Shown one piece after another: positions 31,011-39,484 of a DNA stretch of 64,000 nucleotides. The stretch's first letter is position 1. Each line of letters opens with the position of its first letter. A program made the translations under genes and the position numbers. This DNA is from Leptolyngbyaceae cyanobacterium (GTDB lineage Bacteria; Cyanobacteriota; Cyanobacteriia; Phormidesmidales; Phormidesmidaceae). The stretch is from the NCBI GenBank assembly GCA_965263355.1, contig CBDHHL010000056.1, forward strand, positions 1,472,001 through 1,536,000, in the 5' to 3' direction. The notes under the pieces are model-generated. The model was not told the DNA's origin. It ran no database searches and worked only from the letters and a program-made list of their open reading frames with translations.

Positions 31011-31567
31011 GGGTAGAGCCGATCTCGATCGTTATCAATAAAGTAAAGTCGCCCATGGCCAGCAATGTGAGATTGTGGCTGGTCGCCCTCTGGGATAGCC
31101 GTAATCCTAAAGATATAGATCCCGTCAAGCCGAGGATTGCGCCGTGGGCGTAAGCCAATAGTTACTAGTCTGCCTGGAGCAACGGGTGGATCAAATTCCA
31201 CTGTGACGGCTTTGGTGTCTTCGTTGATAAAAACATTACCCAAGCCTAATGCGCTTTTCTCCTCTCCAGGTATTTCTGCAAATGCGACGGTTTCCTCTAA
31301 ACGATAGGACGTGAGATGGCGAGTCAGATTTTGTGGCTCAATAACAACTGTCTGCAGTGGCGCATCTGCATTAGTAGGTAGATCGAGGCTAAAGAAATAA
31401 GTGGCATTGCGCCGCATAACGTAGTCTTCTGTGGTGAATGCATCGAGAAATTGAGGCGGTTGTAAAAATGCCGTTGTGCCATTGGCTAATTCAACGGCTT
31501 GGGCGGTAACGGTAAGGGCAGCTACAGTGCCGATTGATAAAGGTAGGCTTAACCATTTGGCTTTCAT
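31007..31567 (-). CDS. Secreted DUF2808-like protein
   Basis: Signal peptide; GTTAF..PP, FDPPVAPG, RNPR..GIY.F, G.GRL.F. Confidence 0.8.
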   Translation of the reverse strand: MKAKWLSLPLSIGTVAALTVTAQAVELANGTTAFLQPPQFLDAFTTEDYVMRRNATYFFSLDLPTNADAPLQTVVIEPQNLTRHLTSYRLEETVAFAEIPGEEKSALGLGNVFINEDTKAVTVEFDPPVAPGRLVTIGLRPRRNPRLDGIYIFRITAIPEGDQPQSHIAGHGRLYFIDNDRDRLYP

Positions 31568-31698
31568 GACTTAGTGCTCTAATGTGGATACCCCTATTTT
31601 GAAAAATTTTCTTTGAATTGTGGGGATAAGCTGATAGGACCAAGGCTGATAATTTGGGGTGGCAGCCATAATAGGGAATAGTTTGGGGGTTCCATAGG

Positions 31699-34224
31699 TT
31701 GAGTATGATGATGAATAACGGCCCTGAATTATTAGCGCCTGCTGGGACCTGGGACTGTGCTAAGGCGGCAGTGGAAAATGGGGCCGATGCGATTTATTTT
31801 GGTCTGGATCGGTTTAATGCGCGGATGCGATCGCAAAACTTCACCGAGTCAGATCTCCCTGACTTCATGGCCTTTCTCCATAGCCGTGGCGTCAAGGGGT
31901 ATGTCACATTTAATACCCTGATTTTCCCCAGCGAGTTGGCCGCTGCAGAGCGCTACCTGCGTACCATGATTGCGGCTGGAGTGGATGCCGCTATTGTTCA
32001 GGATGTGGGCATGTGTCGTCTGATCCGTCATTTATCGTCTGATTTTCCCATCCATGCATCTACCCAGATGACCGTCACCTCAGCAGCCGGTGTAGAGTTT
32101 GCAAAAAGTCTCGGAGCCCAGTTAGTCGTGCTGGCGCGAGAATGTTCTCTGAACGACATTGAGAAAATAAATCAACAAACAAAAGAGATTGCATTACCAC
32201 TAGAAGTGTTTGTTCACGGGGCCCTATGTGTTGCTTATTCCGGCCAGTGTCTCACCAGTGAATCTCTCGGCGGTCGGTCTGCCAATCGAGGTGAATGTGC
32301 CCAGGCCTGCCGTATGACCTACGATATGAAAGTTGATGGAGAACCTATCGATCTAGGAGACAAGCAATATCTTCTCAGTCCTCAAGACCTTTCGGGGTTA
32401 CCTATTTTGCCAGACTTAATTAAGTCTGGGGTGAGCTGTTTAAAAATAGAAGGGCGGCTTAAAGCACCGGAATATGTGGCTAATGTCACCCGTGTCTATC
32501 GACAGGCACTCGATCGGACATTGCAGACTGTTGTACCTGTTGCTATACCAGAAAACTCTTCTCTTAAGCTGGGCAATCGACCGATTTCATATCAGCCGAC
32601 GGCAGATGAACGCTACAACCTGGAAATGGCCTTTTCCCGTGGTCTCTACACTGGCTGGTTCCGGGGCATCAATAATCAGGAGCTAGTCCATGGCCGGTTT
32701 GCTAAGAAACGCGGTGTTTATCTAGGGGATGTAGTACGGGTCACCAAACAGCAGGTGGAGCTACAGGTTAATGGGCCAGTCAAGGCTGGGGACGGCATTG
32801 TGTTTGATTCTGGACACCCTGATACGGACCAGGGAGGACGGATTTATGGGGTGGAAGCTCGGGGGCGTACGGTCTGTTTGAGTTTTGCTAAGCATGGTAT
32901 TGATTTGCAGCGGATAAAACCGGGGTATAAGGTTTGGAAAACCTCTGACCCAGAGCTGGAGAAGACATTACGCCAAAGCTACAGTAGTGAGCAGCCTCGG
33001 GTGCGGCAGCCCATTGATATTGAGGTCCATGGGGAGGAGGGGGCCTCAATGGTTGCGATCGCAACCGATTCCCAGGGCCATATTGCCAGAGACACGTCTG
33101 AAAAAATTTTAGAGTTAGCGCGTAAGCAACCACTCACAACAGAACGATTAGAACAACAGCTTGGACGATTAGGAAATACGCCTTTTAAGCTAGGAAACTT
33201 GACGAATCATCTGGCTGAGGGGTTGATTTTACCGGTGAGCGAGTTGAATCGCTTACGGCGATCACTGGTAAAGCAATTATTGACGCAACGGGAACGGCCA
33301 CGGGTTTGGGCATTGGCTACAGAGCGGTCCTATGGGGATTTGTTGCCGGGTTTGGGTAGTGAAGGGGCAACTCAACCTACGTTGATTCCGCTGGTACGTA
33401 ATTTTGACCAACTCCGGACAGTATTAGAAATTGGGGTCATTACGGTGTATTGCGAGCTAGAAAATCCGGTACAGTATCGCGATGCGGTGGCACTGACGCG
33501 AGCCCTGAATCCTTCGGCAAAGCTTTATGTCGCGCCGCCGCGCATTACGAAACCGGGAGAGCAATATATTCTCAAGCAGGTGCGTCAATCAAATGCGGAT
33601 GGATATTTGGTGCGTAATTATGACCATCTAACATTTTTTGCGGATCAGCCCTGTATTGGTGACTTTTCACTGAATGTGGCAAATCCGATTACGGCGGATT
33701 ATTTTAAGCAGGCGTTTAGCCTAGAACGGCTGACGGCTAGCTATGACTTGAATGTGGCTCAGCTTTTGGATTTGCTAGAAACAACACCGGCTAGCTGGTT
33801 TGATATTACGGTGCATCAACATATGCCAATGTTCCATATGGAGCACTGTGTATTCTGTGCGTTTTTGTCAGACGGAACGGACTTTACGAACTGTGGGCGG
33901 CCCTGTGAAACCCATGAAGTGGTGTTATGCGATCGCACCGGTACAGAACATGTTCTCCAAGCTGACGCTGGCTGTCGTAACACGCTTTATAACGGTGTTG
34001 CCCAAACTGGTGCAGAATTTATTCCTCGTCTGATTGACCATGGAGCCCATCACTTTCGGATTGATTTTCTCAACGAAACACCGCATCAAGTCCAACAGAT
34101 TCTCGATTATTACCAACAGCTCCTCCAAGGGAAAATCACCGGGCGTCAACTTTGGCAAACCCTAACGATATCTAATCAACTAGGCGTTACCCGTGGCACT
34201 CTAGAAAACCGTAGATCAATATGA
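31699..34224 (+). CDS. Peptidase U32-family protein with DUF3656 (RlhA-like RNA hydroxylase)
   Basis: PELLAPAG, HASTQM, EVFVHGALCVAYSGQC, NRGECAQACR, LKIEGRLK; actual start probably an ATG at 31705-31711. Confidence 0.9.
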   Translation: MSMMMNNGPELLAPAGTWDCAKAAVENGADAIYFGLDRFNARMRSQNFTESDLPDFMAFLHSRGVKGYVTFNTLIFPSELAAAERYLRTMIAAGVDAAIVQDVGMCRLIRHLSSDFPIHASTQMTVTSAAGVEFAKSLGAQLVVLARECSLNDIEKINQQTKEIALPLEVFVHGALCVAYSGQCLTSESLGGRSANRGECAQACRMTYDMKVDGEPIDLGDKQYLLSPQDLSGLPILPDLIKSGVSCLKIEGRLKAPEYVANVTRVYRQALDRTLQTVVPVAIPENSSLKLGNRPISYQPTADERYNLEMAFSRGLYTGWFRGINNQELVHGRFAKKRGVYLGDVVRVTKQQVELQVNGPVKAGDGIVFDSGHPDTDQGGRIYGVEARGRTVCLSFAKHGIDLQRIKPGYKVWKTSDPELEKTLRQSYSSEQPRVRQPIDIEVHGEEGASMVAIATDSQGHIARDTSEKILELARKQPLTTERLEQQLGRLGNTPFKLGNLTNHLAEGLILPVSELNRLRRSLVKQLLTQRERPRVWALATERSYGDLLPGLGSEGATQPTLIPLVRNFDQLRTVLEIGVITVYCELENPVQYRDAVALTRALNPSAKLYVAPPRITKPGEQYILKQVRQSNADGYLVRNYDHLTFFADQPCIGDFSLNVANPITADYFKQAFSLERLTASYDLNVAQLLDLLETTPASWFDITVHQHMPMFHMEHCVFCAFLSDGTDFTNCGRPCETHEVVLCDRTGTEHVLQADAGCRNTLYNGVAQTGAEFIPRLIDHGAHHFRIDFLNETPHQVQQILDYYQQLLQGKITGRQLWQTLTISNQLGVTRGTLENRRSI

Positions 34225-34365
34225 CATTTGTGACTTAGATCACGTATCGAACGAATTGATATTGATGGCAAACCAGGTAAATTTTGTGGCTTAGAATACT
34301 TTTTTGATGACTCCAATTAATAAAGTAACGCTGTTTATCACGTCACTTTCAAAAGCACTTGATAT

Positions 34366-34440
34366 CAATAAATAACCCCGACATTATTGCCGGGGTTGTT
34401 TACACATAGTTGGTTTCATATAAGGTGTGCCTCAAGCACA
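34366..34440 (-). ncRNA. Candidate sRNA B1 (~75 nt)
   Basis: TACATT -10 (34446-34451), 5' hairpin TGTGCTTGAGGCACA, TATATGAAAC and TATGTGTAAAC, terminator ACCCCGGCA..TGTCGGGGT-TATTTATT. Confidence 0.65.
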
Positions 34441-34759
34441 TGTTCAATGTAATTAATTTCTGCCCCTAGCACCGTAAATACCCTATAAACTTGCTTGAAG
34501 AGTGGCTAAAGTTAGTTATTTCCTTGCTTATGCTAGCCTTGAAAGGCTGACTTATAAAGGGTTTCTCACAATGACTTGTAAATGAATCAAATTTATTTTT
34601 TATGAATTCATGGTCAACGCTAAGTGTCGTTATTGTGACTTAAATCACTTATTGGAACGACTTCAATTAATGTAATCTTTCATAAGTTACGCATTTAGGT
34701 TTGACCATAAATGCACTACATATAGTATTTATCAAACTTCGTGAATTAGGATTTAAACC

Positions 34760-34834
34760 AAATAAATAACCCCGACATTGCTGCCGGGGTGGTTTAAACA
34801 TAAGGTGTTTATATAGAGTGTGTTGCAAGAACAC
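34760..34834 (-). ncRNA. Candidate sRNA B2 (paralog of B1)
   Basis: TGGCTACATT -10 region, 5' hairpin TGTGTT-CTTGC-AACACA, TATATAAAC and TATGTTTAAAC, same terminator. Confidence 0.65.
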
Positions 34835-35053
34835 AACCAATGTAGCCAATTTTTAGGCACATCACCGTAAAACCACCATAAAATCCCTTAAAGAGAACCT
34901 AAAGAGAATGAATTTAGGTTGGCTGATGATTTATCCATTGAATTGAGAAACGTTGGCGACGTAAAAATCTACAGACGCTAGAAGCCTATTTCCTGAAGCT
35001 TTCGAATGTTTCTCCTTAGTCCTTATGTCTTCCCTTTGATTGGCAATGTTTAA

Positions 35054-35404
35054 TCAGCCAAAGGTTCTGCCATTCCAGCCCCACATAGCACCGTCAGCGT
35101 CGGCAAATTCAATGTAGGTACGATCAGCAGGAACGCCTAAGGCTGACTGGACCTGGGCACAAAATTCCTGGCTCATTGTTTTGGTTTTGTTGCCCATGGT
35201 GCCAACGCTTTTGATTTCAATGTAGCAGGTTGGATCAGTGCTACCCCCAAAGGTCATGGGAGTACTGGGTTGAAATGCGGTCATTACGTAGGACTCTGGT
35301 TTGCCGATGTGCTTTGCCAAGCTAGCCGACAGCTGCTTAAGCATGTCTTCTACAGCACCTTTTGAAGGCGCATCAACTGATGTCTGAACTTTAATTAACG
35401 GCAT
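35054..35404 (-). CDS. MIF-family (phenylpyruvate tautomerase-like) protein
   Basis: N-terminal Pro, GKPESYVM, MTFGG, IKSVG, WGWNG.TF. Confidence 0.92.
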   Translation of the reverse strand: MPLIKVQTSVDAPSKGAVEDMLKQLSASLAKHIGKPESYVMTAFQPSTPMTFGGSTDPTCYIEIKSVGTMGNKTKTMSQEFCAQVQSALGVPADRTYIEFADADGAMWGWNGRTFG

Positions 35405-35535
35405 GGGTTATTTTCAGATAAACAACTAACTTGATTGTCTGAAGTAGTGGTGCCCTTTGCCAACGGAGGATATCCACACACGAGTTGTACTACTGTACAG
35501 TCAAGACTAACGTTTTCGCTCAGGCAAGTGAAGAG

Positions 35536-35697
35536 CTAGTGGTCTGTCAAGCCTAAGAGTTAGGATGAGACCAGTAAAAAGTGAAGAGTCAAACGAGATG
35601 AAGAGTGACGCTTTAACCTATAACCCTGGGGGCATGGCTGACGCTAGTACGCTTAATCAATATAGAATCCCAATCTTTAGCGTTGACGCTGCACTAG
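35536..35697. mobile_element. MITE-like element (162 bp) bounded by CTAG
   Basis: Imperfect 31-bp terminal inverted repeats CTAGTGGTCTGTCAAGCCTAAGAGTTAGGAT vs CTAGTGCAGCGTCAACGCTAAAGATTGGGAT (21/31 match); no ORF. Confidence 0.65.
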
Positions 35698-35738
35698 ACG
35701 TAAAAAGTGAAAAAAGCAGGTAAGTTTGGCCTACTTAT

Positions 35739-36137
35739 CTACACCTTGACAGAAGAATTTGGAGCATATTCGAAAATCGCTCCCCCCTGTATTAGCAGCG
35801 CTCTATTTTCAGCGGAGATGCCCTGCACATTTATAAATTGAGCTAGATTGACGAGAGCACTGTTGAGTTTAGCGTTACTGAGGTCAGTATTACTGAAGTT
35901 AGCTCCTCTAAGGTCAGCGCCCCTAAGATCAGCTCCTCTGAGGTTGACGTCCTTAAAGTTAGCAAAGCTTAAATCAGCTTCCCTCAAGTCTATACTGCTG
36001 AGGTTAATTCCTGCGAGGTCAACTCCGCTAAGGTAGCCTCCTTTAAGGTTAGCTTTGCTGAGATCTATATTCTTGATAATTTTGTCGCTGACGTTTTTTT
36101 CAATAAAGTTGCCTACAATGGCTGCAATTTTGTTCAT
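35739..36137 (-). CDS. Short pentapeptide-repeat protein (possibly truncated)
   Basis: ANLKG GYLSG VDLAG ... ADLRG repeats, L..GAIF end; AT-rich. Confidence 0.7.
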   Translation of the reverse strand: MNKIAAIVGNFIEKNVSDKIIKNIDLSKANLKGGYLSGVDLAGINLSSIDLREADLSFANFKDVNLRGADLRGADLRGANFSNTDLSNAKLNSALVNLAQFINVQGISAENRALLIQGGAIFEYAPNSSVKV

Positions 36138-36396
36138 GTAAGCTAGCGTACAAGTAGTCAGCTCTGAATTTCATTCAGTATTGTAACTGAGTTAGCAGTT
36201 CTCTTGTGTATAAAAAATACTCATAATATACTCAAGAACACTCAACCGTTTGTACAGTCTTTGAACTAAACAGTGCCTAAATTTCATTTAGTGCTTTTGC
36301 ATACACTAAATAAGAGAAGAGTCAAGAGAGAAAAGACGTAATCTTCTTAACCCTTCACCTAGATTCCTACCTGATTTTTAAGTTGTATACCCTTAT

Positions 36397-36879
36397 TTAG
36401 CCACCATAGTTCCAGCCAGTGGTCGATAGCAGTAATGCATCTCCTTCACGGTGGATGCCCGCACCAATAACTTCACCGACAAAGACGGTATGGTCACCGT
36501 GTTCTACGGCACTAATGACGTTGCATTCTACGTAGCCGAGGGTGTCCTTAATAATGGGACAGCCGGTTTCAGGGCCAGGGTAGAATTCAATATCTTCAAA
36601 CTTATTACCCACGCGACGTAGGGGCTTAAAAAAGTTTTGGGCCAGGTCTTTTTGGCCGTCTTCAAGCACACTGAGGGCAAAGACACCACTGGCTTTGATC
36701 ATGGCATGGGAGGTGGAGTCAGCCTTAACGCAGTTGACCACCAGCGGTGGAGCAAAGGATGCCTGCATAACCCAGCTAGCGGTAAAGCCGTTAACCTCTT
36801 CACCGTCTTTGACACCACAGATATAAAGCGCATGGGGAATCTTGCGCAACATCGTTTTTTTGGCCTGTTCGTCAAGCAT
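36397..36879 (-). CDS. Flavin reductase-like protein
   Basis: GFTASWVMQASF.PP, GCPI, GDHTVFVGEV, GWNYGG. Confidence 0.92.
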   Translation of the reverse strand: MLDEQAKKTMLRKIPHALYICGVKDGEEVNGFTASWVMQASFAPPLVVNCVKADSTSHAMIKASGVFALSVLEDGQKDLAQNFFKPLRRVGNKFEDIEFYPGPETGCPIIKDTLGYVECNVISAVEHGDHTVFVGEVIGAGIHREGDALLLSTTGWNYGG

Positions 36880-37214
36880 GGATTCAACCCTCTTGTCTAC
36901 AACGCTTTAGTGTAGGCGAATTCCTTCTTTTTGAATATTTCTATAGAGCTATGTGGTGCCTGCTTCGAACTCATCGTAAGCAGCTGGTTTTATAGAAATC
37001 CAGTGGGTTGCTTCTAACTCAAGAGAGCAAATTAAATCAACTAACGTGGTTAGTTCTTGGGCATGGTCCAATTGTGGAAGATATTTGAGAATGAGTCTTT
37101 TCGCAATCAAGAAATTGACAAAAAAGAGATTTGGCTGACAACAGAGAAGATTGTCACAGCAAATCTTAAAAAGGCTAACTTGGAGCGAGCCAATCTTATA
37201 ATCTGTATGCGATC

Positions 37215-37346
37215 TCAATTGCAAAATGACCAAAGCTTTGAAATGTAGCCCATATTGAAGTTAGCGGGTTCAACAGCGGAGGCAACAGGTGTGATAGCAA
37301 CAGAAGTAAGGAGAATAGTTAAAGCAGAAAGAAGTGGGCGTTTCAT
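37215..37346 (-). CDS. 43-aa ORF that is mostly a Sec signal peptide (likely truncated secreted protein)
   Basis: TAAGGAG RBS; MKRPLLSALTILLTSVAITPVASA-VEPANFNMGYISKLWSFCN*. Confidence 0.45.
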   Translation of the reverse strand: MKRPLLSALTILLTSVAITPVASAVEPANFNMGYISKLWSFCN

Positions 37347-37472
37347 AGTTAAAGCTCCTTAGTGAATCAGCGAAGTACTCCATTGATCACAAGAATGCCG
37401 GGGCTAGCTGAATGCTATCTAACCGATATTTGCAGGTTACTTAAGGGATTCTGAGATCAGCTGAGGCAATTT

Positions 37473-37488
37473 AGTGATGACCGTCACA
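37473..37488. promoter_or_regulatory. CRP-type site (one mismatch)
   Basis: AGTGA-TGACCG-TCACA in a divergent intergenic region. Confidence 0.4.
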
Positions 37489-37856
37489 GAGGTTTGAGAG
37501 TTAATGTAGCGGTGCTGTAGGTCTTCTATAGAGAGTGATCCCCACACTTAAATGTCAGGGGATCACGACAACTAGACCATTTTTTTTTGTTCTGTAACTT
37601 GCAATACCCTTTGATAGGCTGTATAACGTAGTTAGCTTAAAACAGTATCAATTAATACTTAATTGCCTCGGGTTTTGTGGTGAGGCAATGGTTGTGGTCT
37701 CATTCAATCTTTTTGACTACTTAGGCAAACGCTTCGGTTCTTAAGTTAACAGTTCATGTTGGCGCTTTGCACACTGTTGATGTTGCACGCCTTTTAACTG
37801 TTTTTTCTTGCTTACTGCCCGATAAAACTCAAACTAGCATCTGCTAGATTTTACTT

Positions 37857-38459
37857 ATGTCTAATTTTATCGACTCAGATTTTGTTGCACTGCATAGCCA
37901 ACATGTTCTCCAGTATGCTGATTGGATGAGCATTTCTGATCTTGCAAAGGCTGAGAATGTCTCCGAATGTTTTGATGCTTGGGATTTTGAAGATTTTCTA
38001 GGACTGGCAGTTTATTTGTTCGTTACTACTCAGTCTCAAGGTACTCGCGAAAAGCTGTCTCAGCTATTACCCAAGTTTGGTAGTGCGGCTGTTTTGCCAC
38101 TACTTAAAATTCTTGGTAGAAAAGAGACTTTCGCTAAGAAAAACATTCCCATGTTGGCACAGCACAGCCTGAATAACATGGCTCCCTACCCCTTAGCAAT
38201 TGGGCTAAATCAGGTATTAGAACAAAAGGCCCAGAATGACTTGACAGTAGTTGCATTACAGAGGCTAAGGCAGCTCCTACAGTCGTGTGAACCATCTACT
38301 TGCTTAGTGTTGTCTCAACTTATCTCAGATGCTAATTGGCAATTAGTGTCTGAGGTTGCAGTCTCCAAGTTGCCAACTTATGCGCTAGCTAATCGTAAAC
38401 AGCATAAACGTAGTTCTGAAGGCGCTGTGCTAGAGCATAGAGCTGTTCAGTGTGTGTAA
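37857..38459 (+). CDS. Hypothetical helical protein (HEAT-like)
   Basis: LLPKFGSAAVLPLLKIL HEAT-like segment; 200-aa ORF. Confidence 0.6.
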   Translation: MSNFIDSDFVALHSQHVLQYADWMSISDLAKAENVSECFDAWDFEDFLGLAVYLFVTTQSQGTREKLSQLLPKFGSAAVLPLLKILGRKETFAKKNIPMLAQHSLNNMAPYPLAIGLNQVLEQKAQNDLTVVALQRLRQLLQSCEPSTCLVLSQLISDANWQLVSEVAVSKLPTYALANRKQHKRSSEGAVLEHRAVQCV

Positions 38460-38737
38460 CCCTTGACTTTGTCAAAACTCTCCCTGGTTTATCGACAAAT
38501 GAACGTCATTGATTACAAGCATACCAGGAGTGCCTGAACGCTATCTAGCTGAGCCCTACACGTTGCTCAAAGCATTTCTGAGATGGGCTGAGTAAAGTAG
38601 TTAACGGGCATCACAATACTCCCGATTAAACATGGATCAGTCCGTGGGGGCAGTCTCTGGTTCGTAGCCATAGAAAAGGGGCCGAAGCCCCGATAAACTA
38701 GTAGAACTCATAGGCGTAAGCCACAAGTCTAGTTTTC

Positions 38738-38989
38738 CTAGGCCGCGCAACCAAACAAACTATCCAAGTAGAGTCTGTTCACATGGGGCTGATTCGCACC
38801 ATTTTGCATCAAAAAGAGAGAAAGCGCAGCCTGCATCACCCGCTCCTGACTCCAGAGTTCATGAGTATTCAAATACTCCTGAATAGAAATATGTAGGGAT
38901 TCAGGAATCTCGATCATCAGACTAACGGTGGTGGGTGCGGTAGTAACAGAAGGCATAGAGATAACCTTTTTAAAAGAAAGGACAGACAC
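38738..38989 (-). CDS. DUF2811-like protein
   Basis: EIPESLH..YL..H..WSQ.RV..AALSLFLMQNG...YLDSLF; start probably the ATG of MPSV. Confidence 0.8.
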   Translation of the reverse strand: MSVLSFKKVISMPSVTTAPTTVSLMIEIPESLHISIQEYLNTHELWSQERVMQAALSLFLMQNGANQPHVNRLYLDSLFGCAA

Positions 38990-39217
38990 AACAAACTAGC
39001 GCTTACTTAATAAGTCTTGCCCATCCGCTGTAATACAGATACGAACAGCAGTTAGGAACACAAGGCAAAGAAGACTTAACAGGGCCGCTTTGTTCAGTGG
39101 AGCTTCATTGTGCAGGAGACAATCGCAATTCGCAATGCCTGTCAGGCTTTAGAATCTTCTAACGAGAAAAAATACCTAACGAGACCAAGCGGGCTAAGCC
39201 CATATTTTCGTTACATT

Positions 39218-39349
39218 TGTTGATAAATAAAGATTGATCCCCCGTTGAAAGGGTTTTCCACAGAATGTCTGAATGCCTTGAGCGCTCGTAAAAACTTGGG
39301 GATAACTTGACTCACCTTGGGGAAAAGTCCTAAAAAACCTTGGGGAAAA
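39218..39349. promoter_or_regulatory. Cluster of five DnaA-box-like 9-mers
   Basis: TTTTCCACA (39254-62, +); on the - strand TTATCAACA (39218-26), TTATCCCCA (39297-305), TTTTCCCCA (39318-26 and 39341-49). Confidence 0.55.
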
Positions 39350-39484
39350 CCCGTTCTATTGTTAAGAAAAAAAAAGTAGTGAATTTATGCAGCTCAGTCT
39401 TAATTTGTGAACGGTTTTTGACTCTATAACCCTTGTCTAGTAATGGTTTACTGTCTCAGCTAACCATCCTTTAGTCTAATTGTC

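Larger units (their letters stand above)
34226..34885. repeat. Degenerate tandem duplication (~34226-34490 and ~34631-34885)
   Basis: Both units contain TGTGACTTA(G/A)ATCAC, AATAAATAACCCCGACATT..TGCCGGGGT, CAATGTA and CACCGTAAA in the same order. Confidence 0.8.

Noticed and set aside
34667..34849. 60-aa ORF across candidate sRNA B2
   Set aside because: Runs through a terminator, has no RBS, and the paralogous copy has an early stop in the equivalent frame.
23101..34885. Repeat pairs as CRISPR mini-arrays or type I toxin-antitoxin loci
   Set aside because: Only two degenerate copies each, long irregular spacing, no cas genes and no conserved hydrophobic toxin ORF.
37594..37607. NtcA-like GTA-N8-TAC (also at 43218-43231 before hemB)
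   Set aside because: No -10 box at the canonical ~22-bp spacing; this 6-bp pattern is expected by chance many times in 64 kb.
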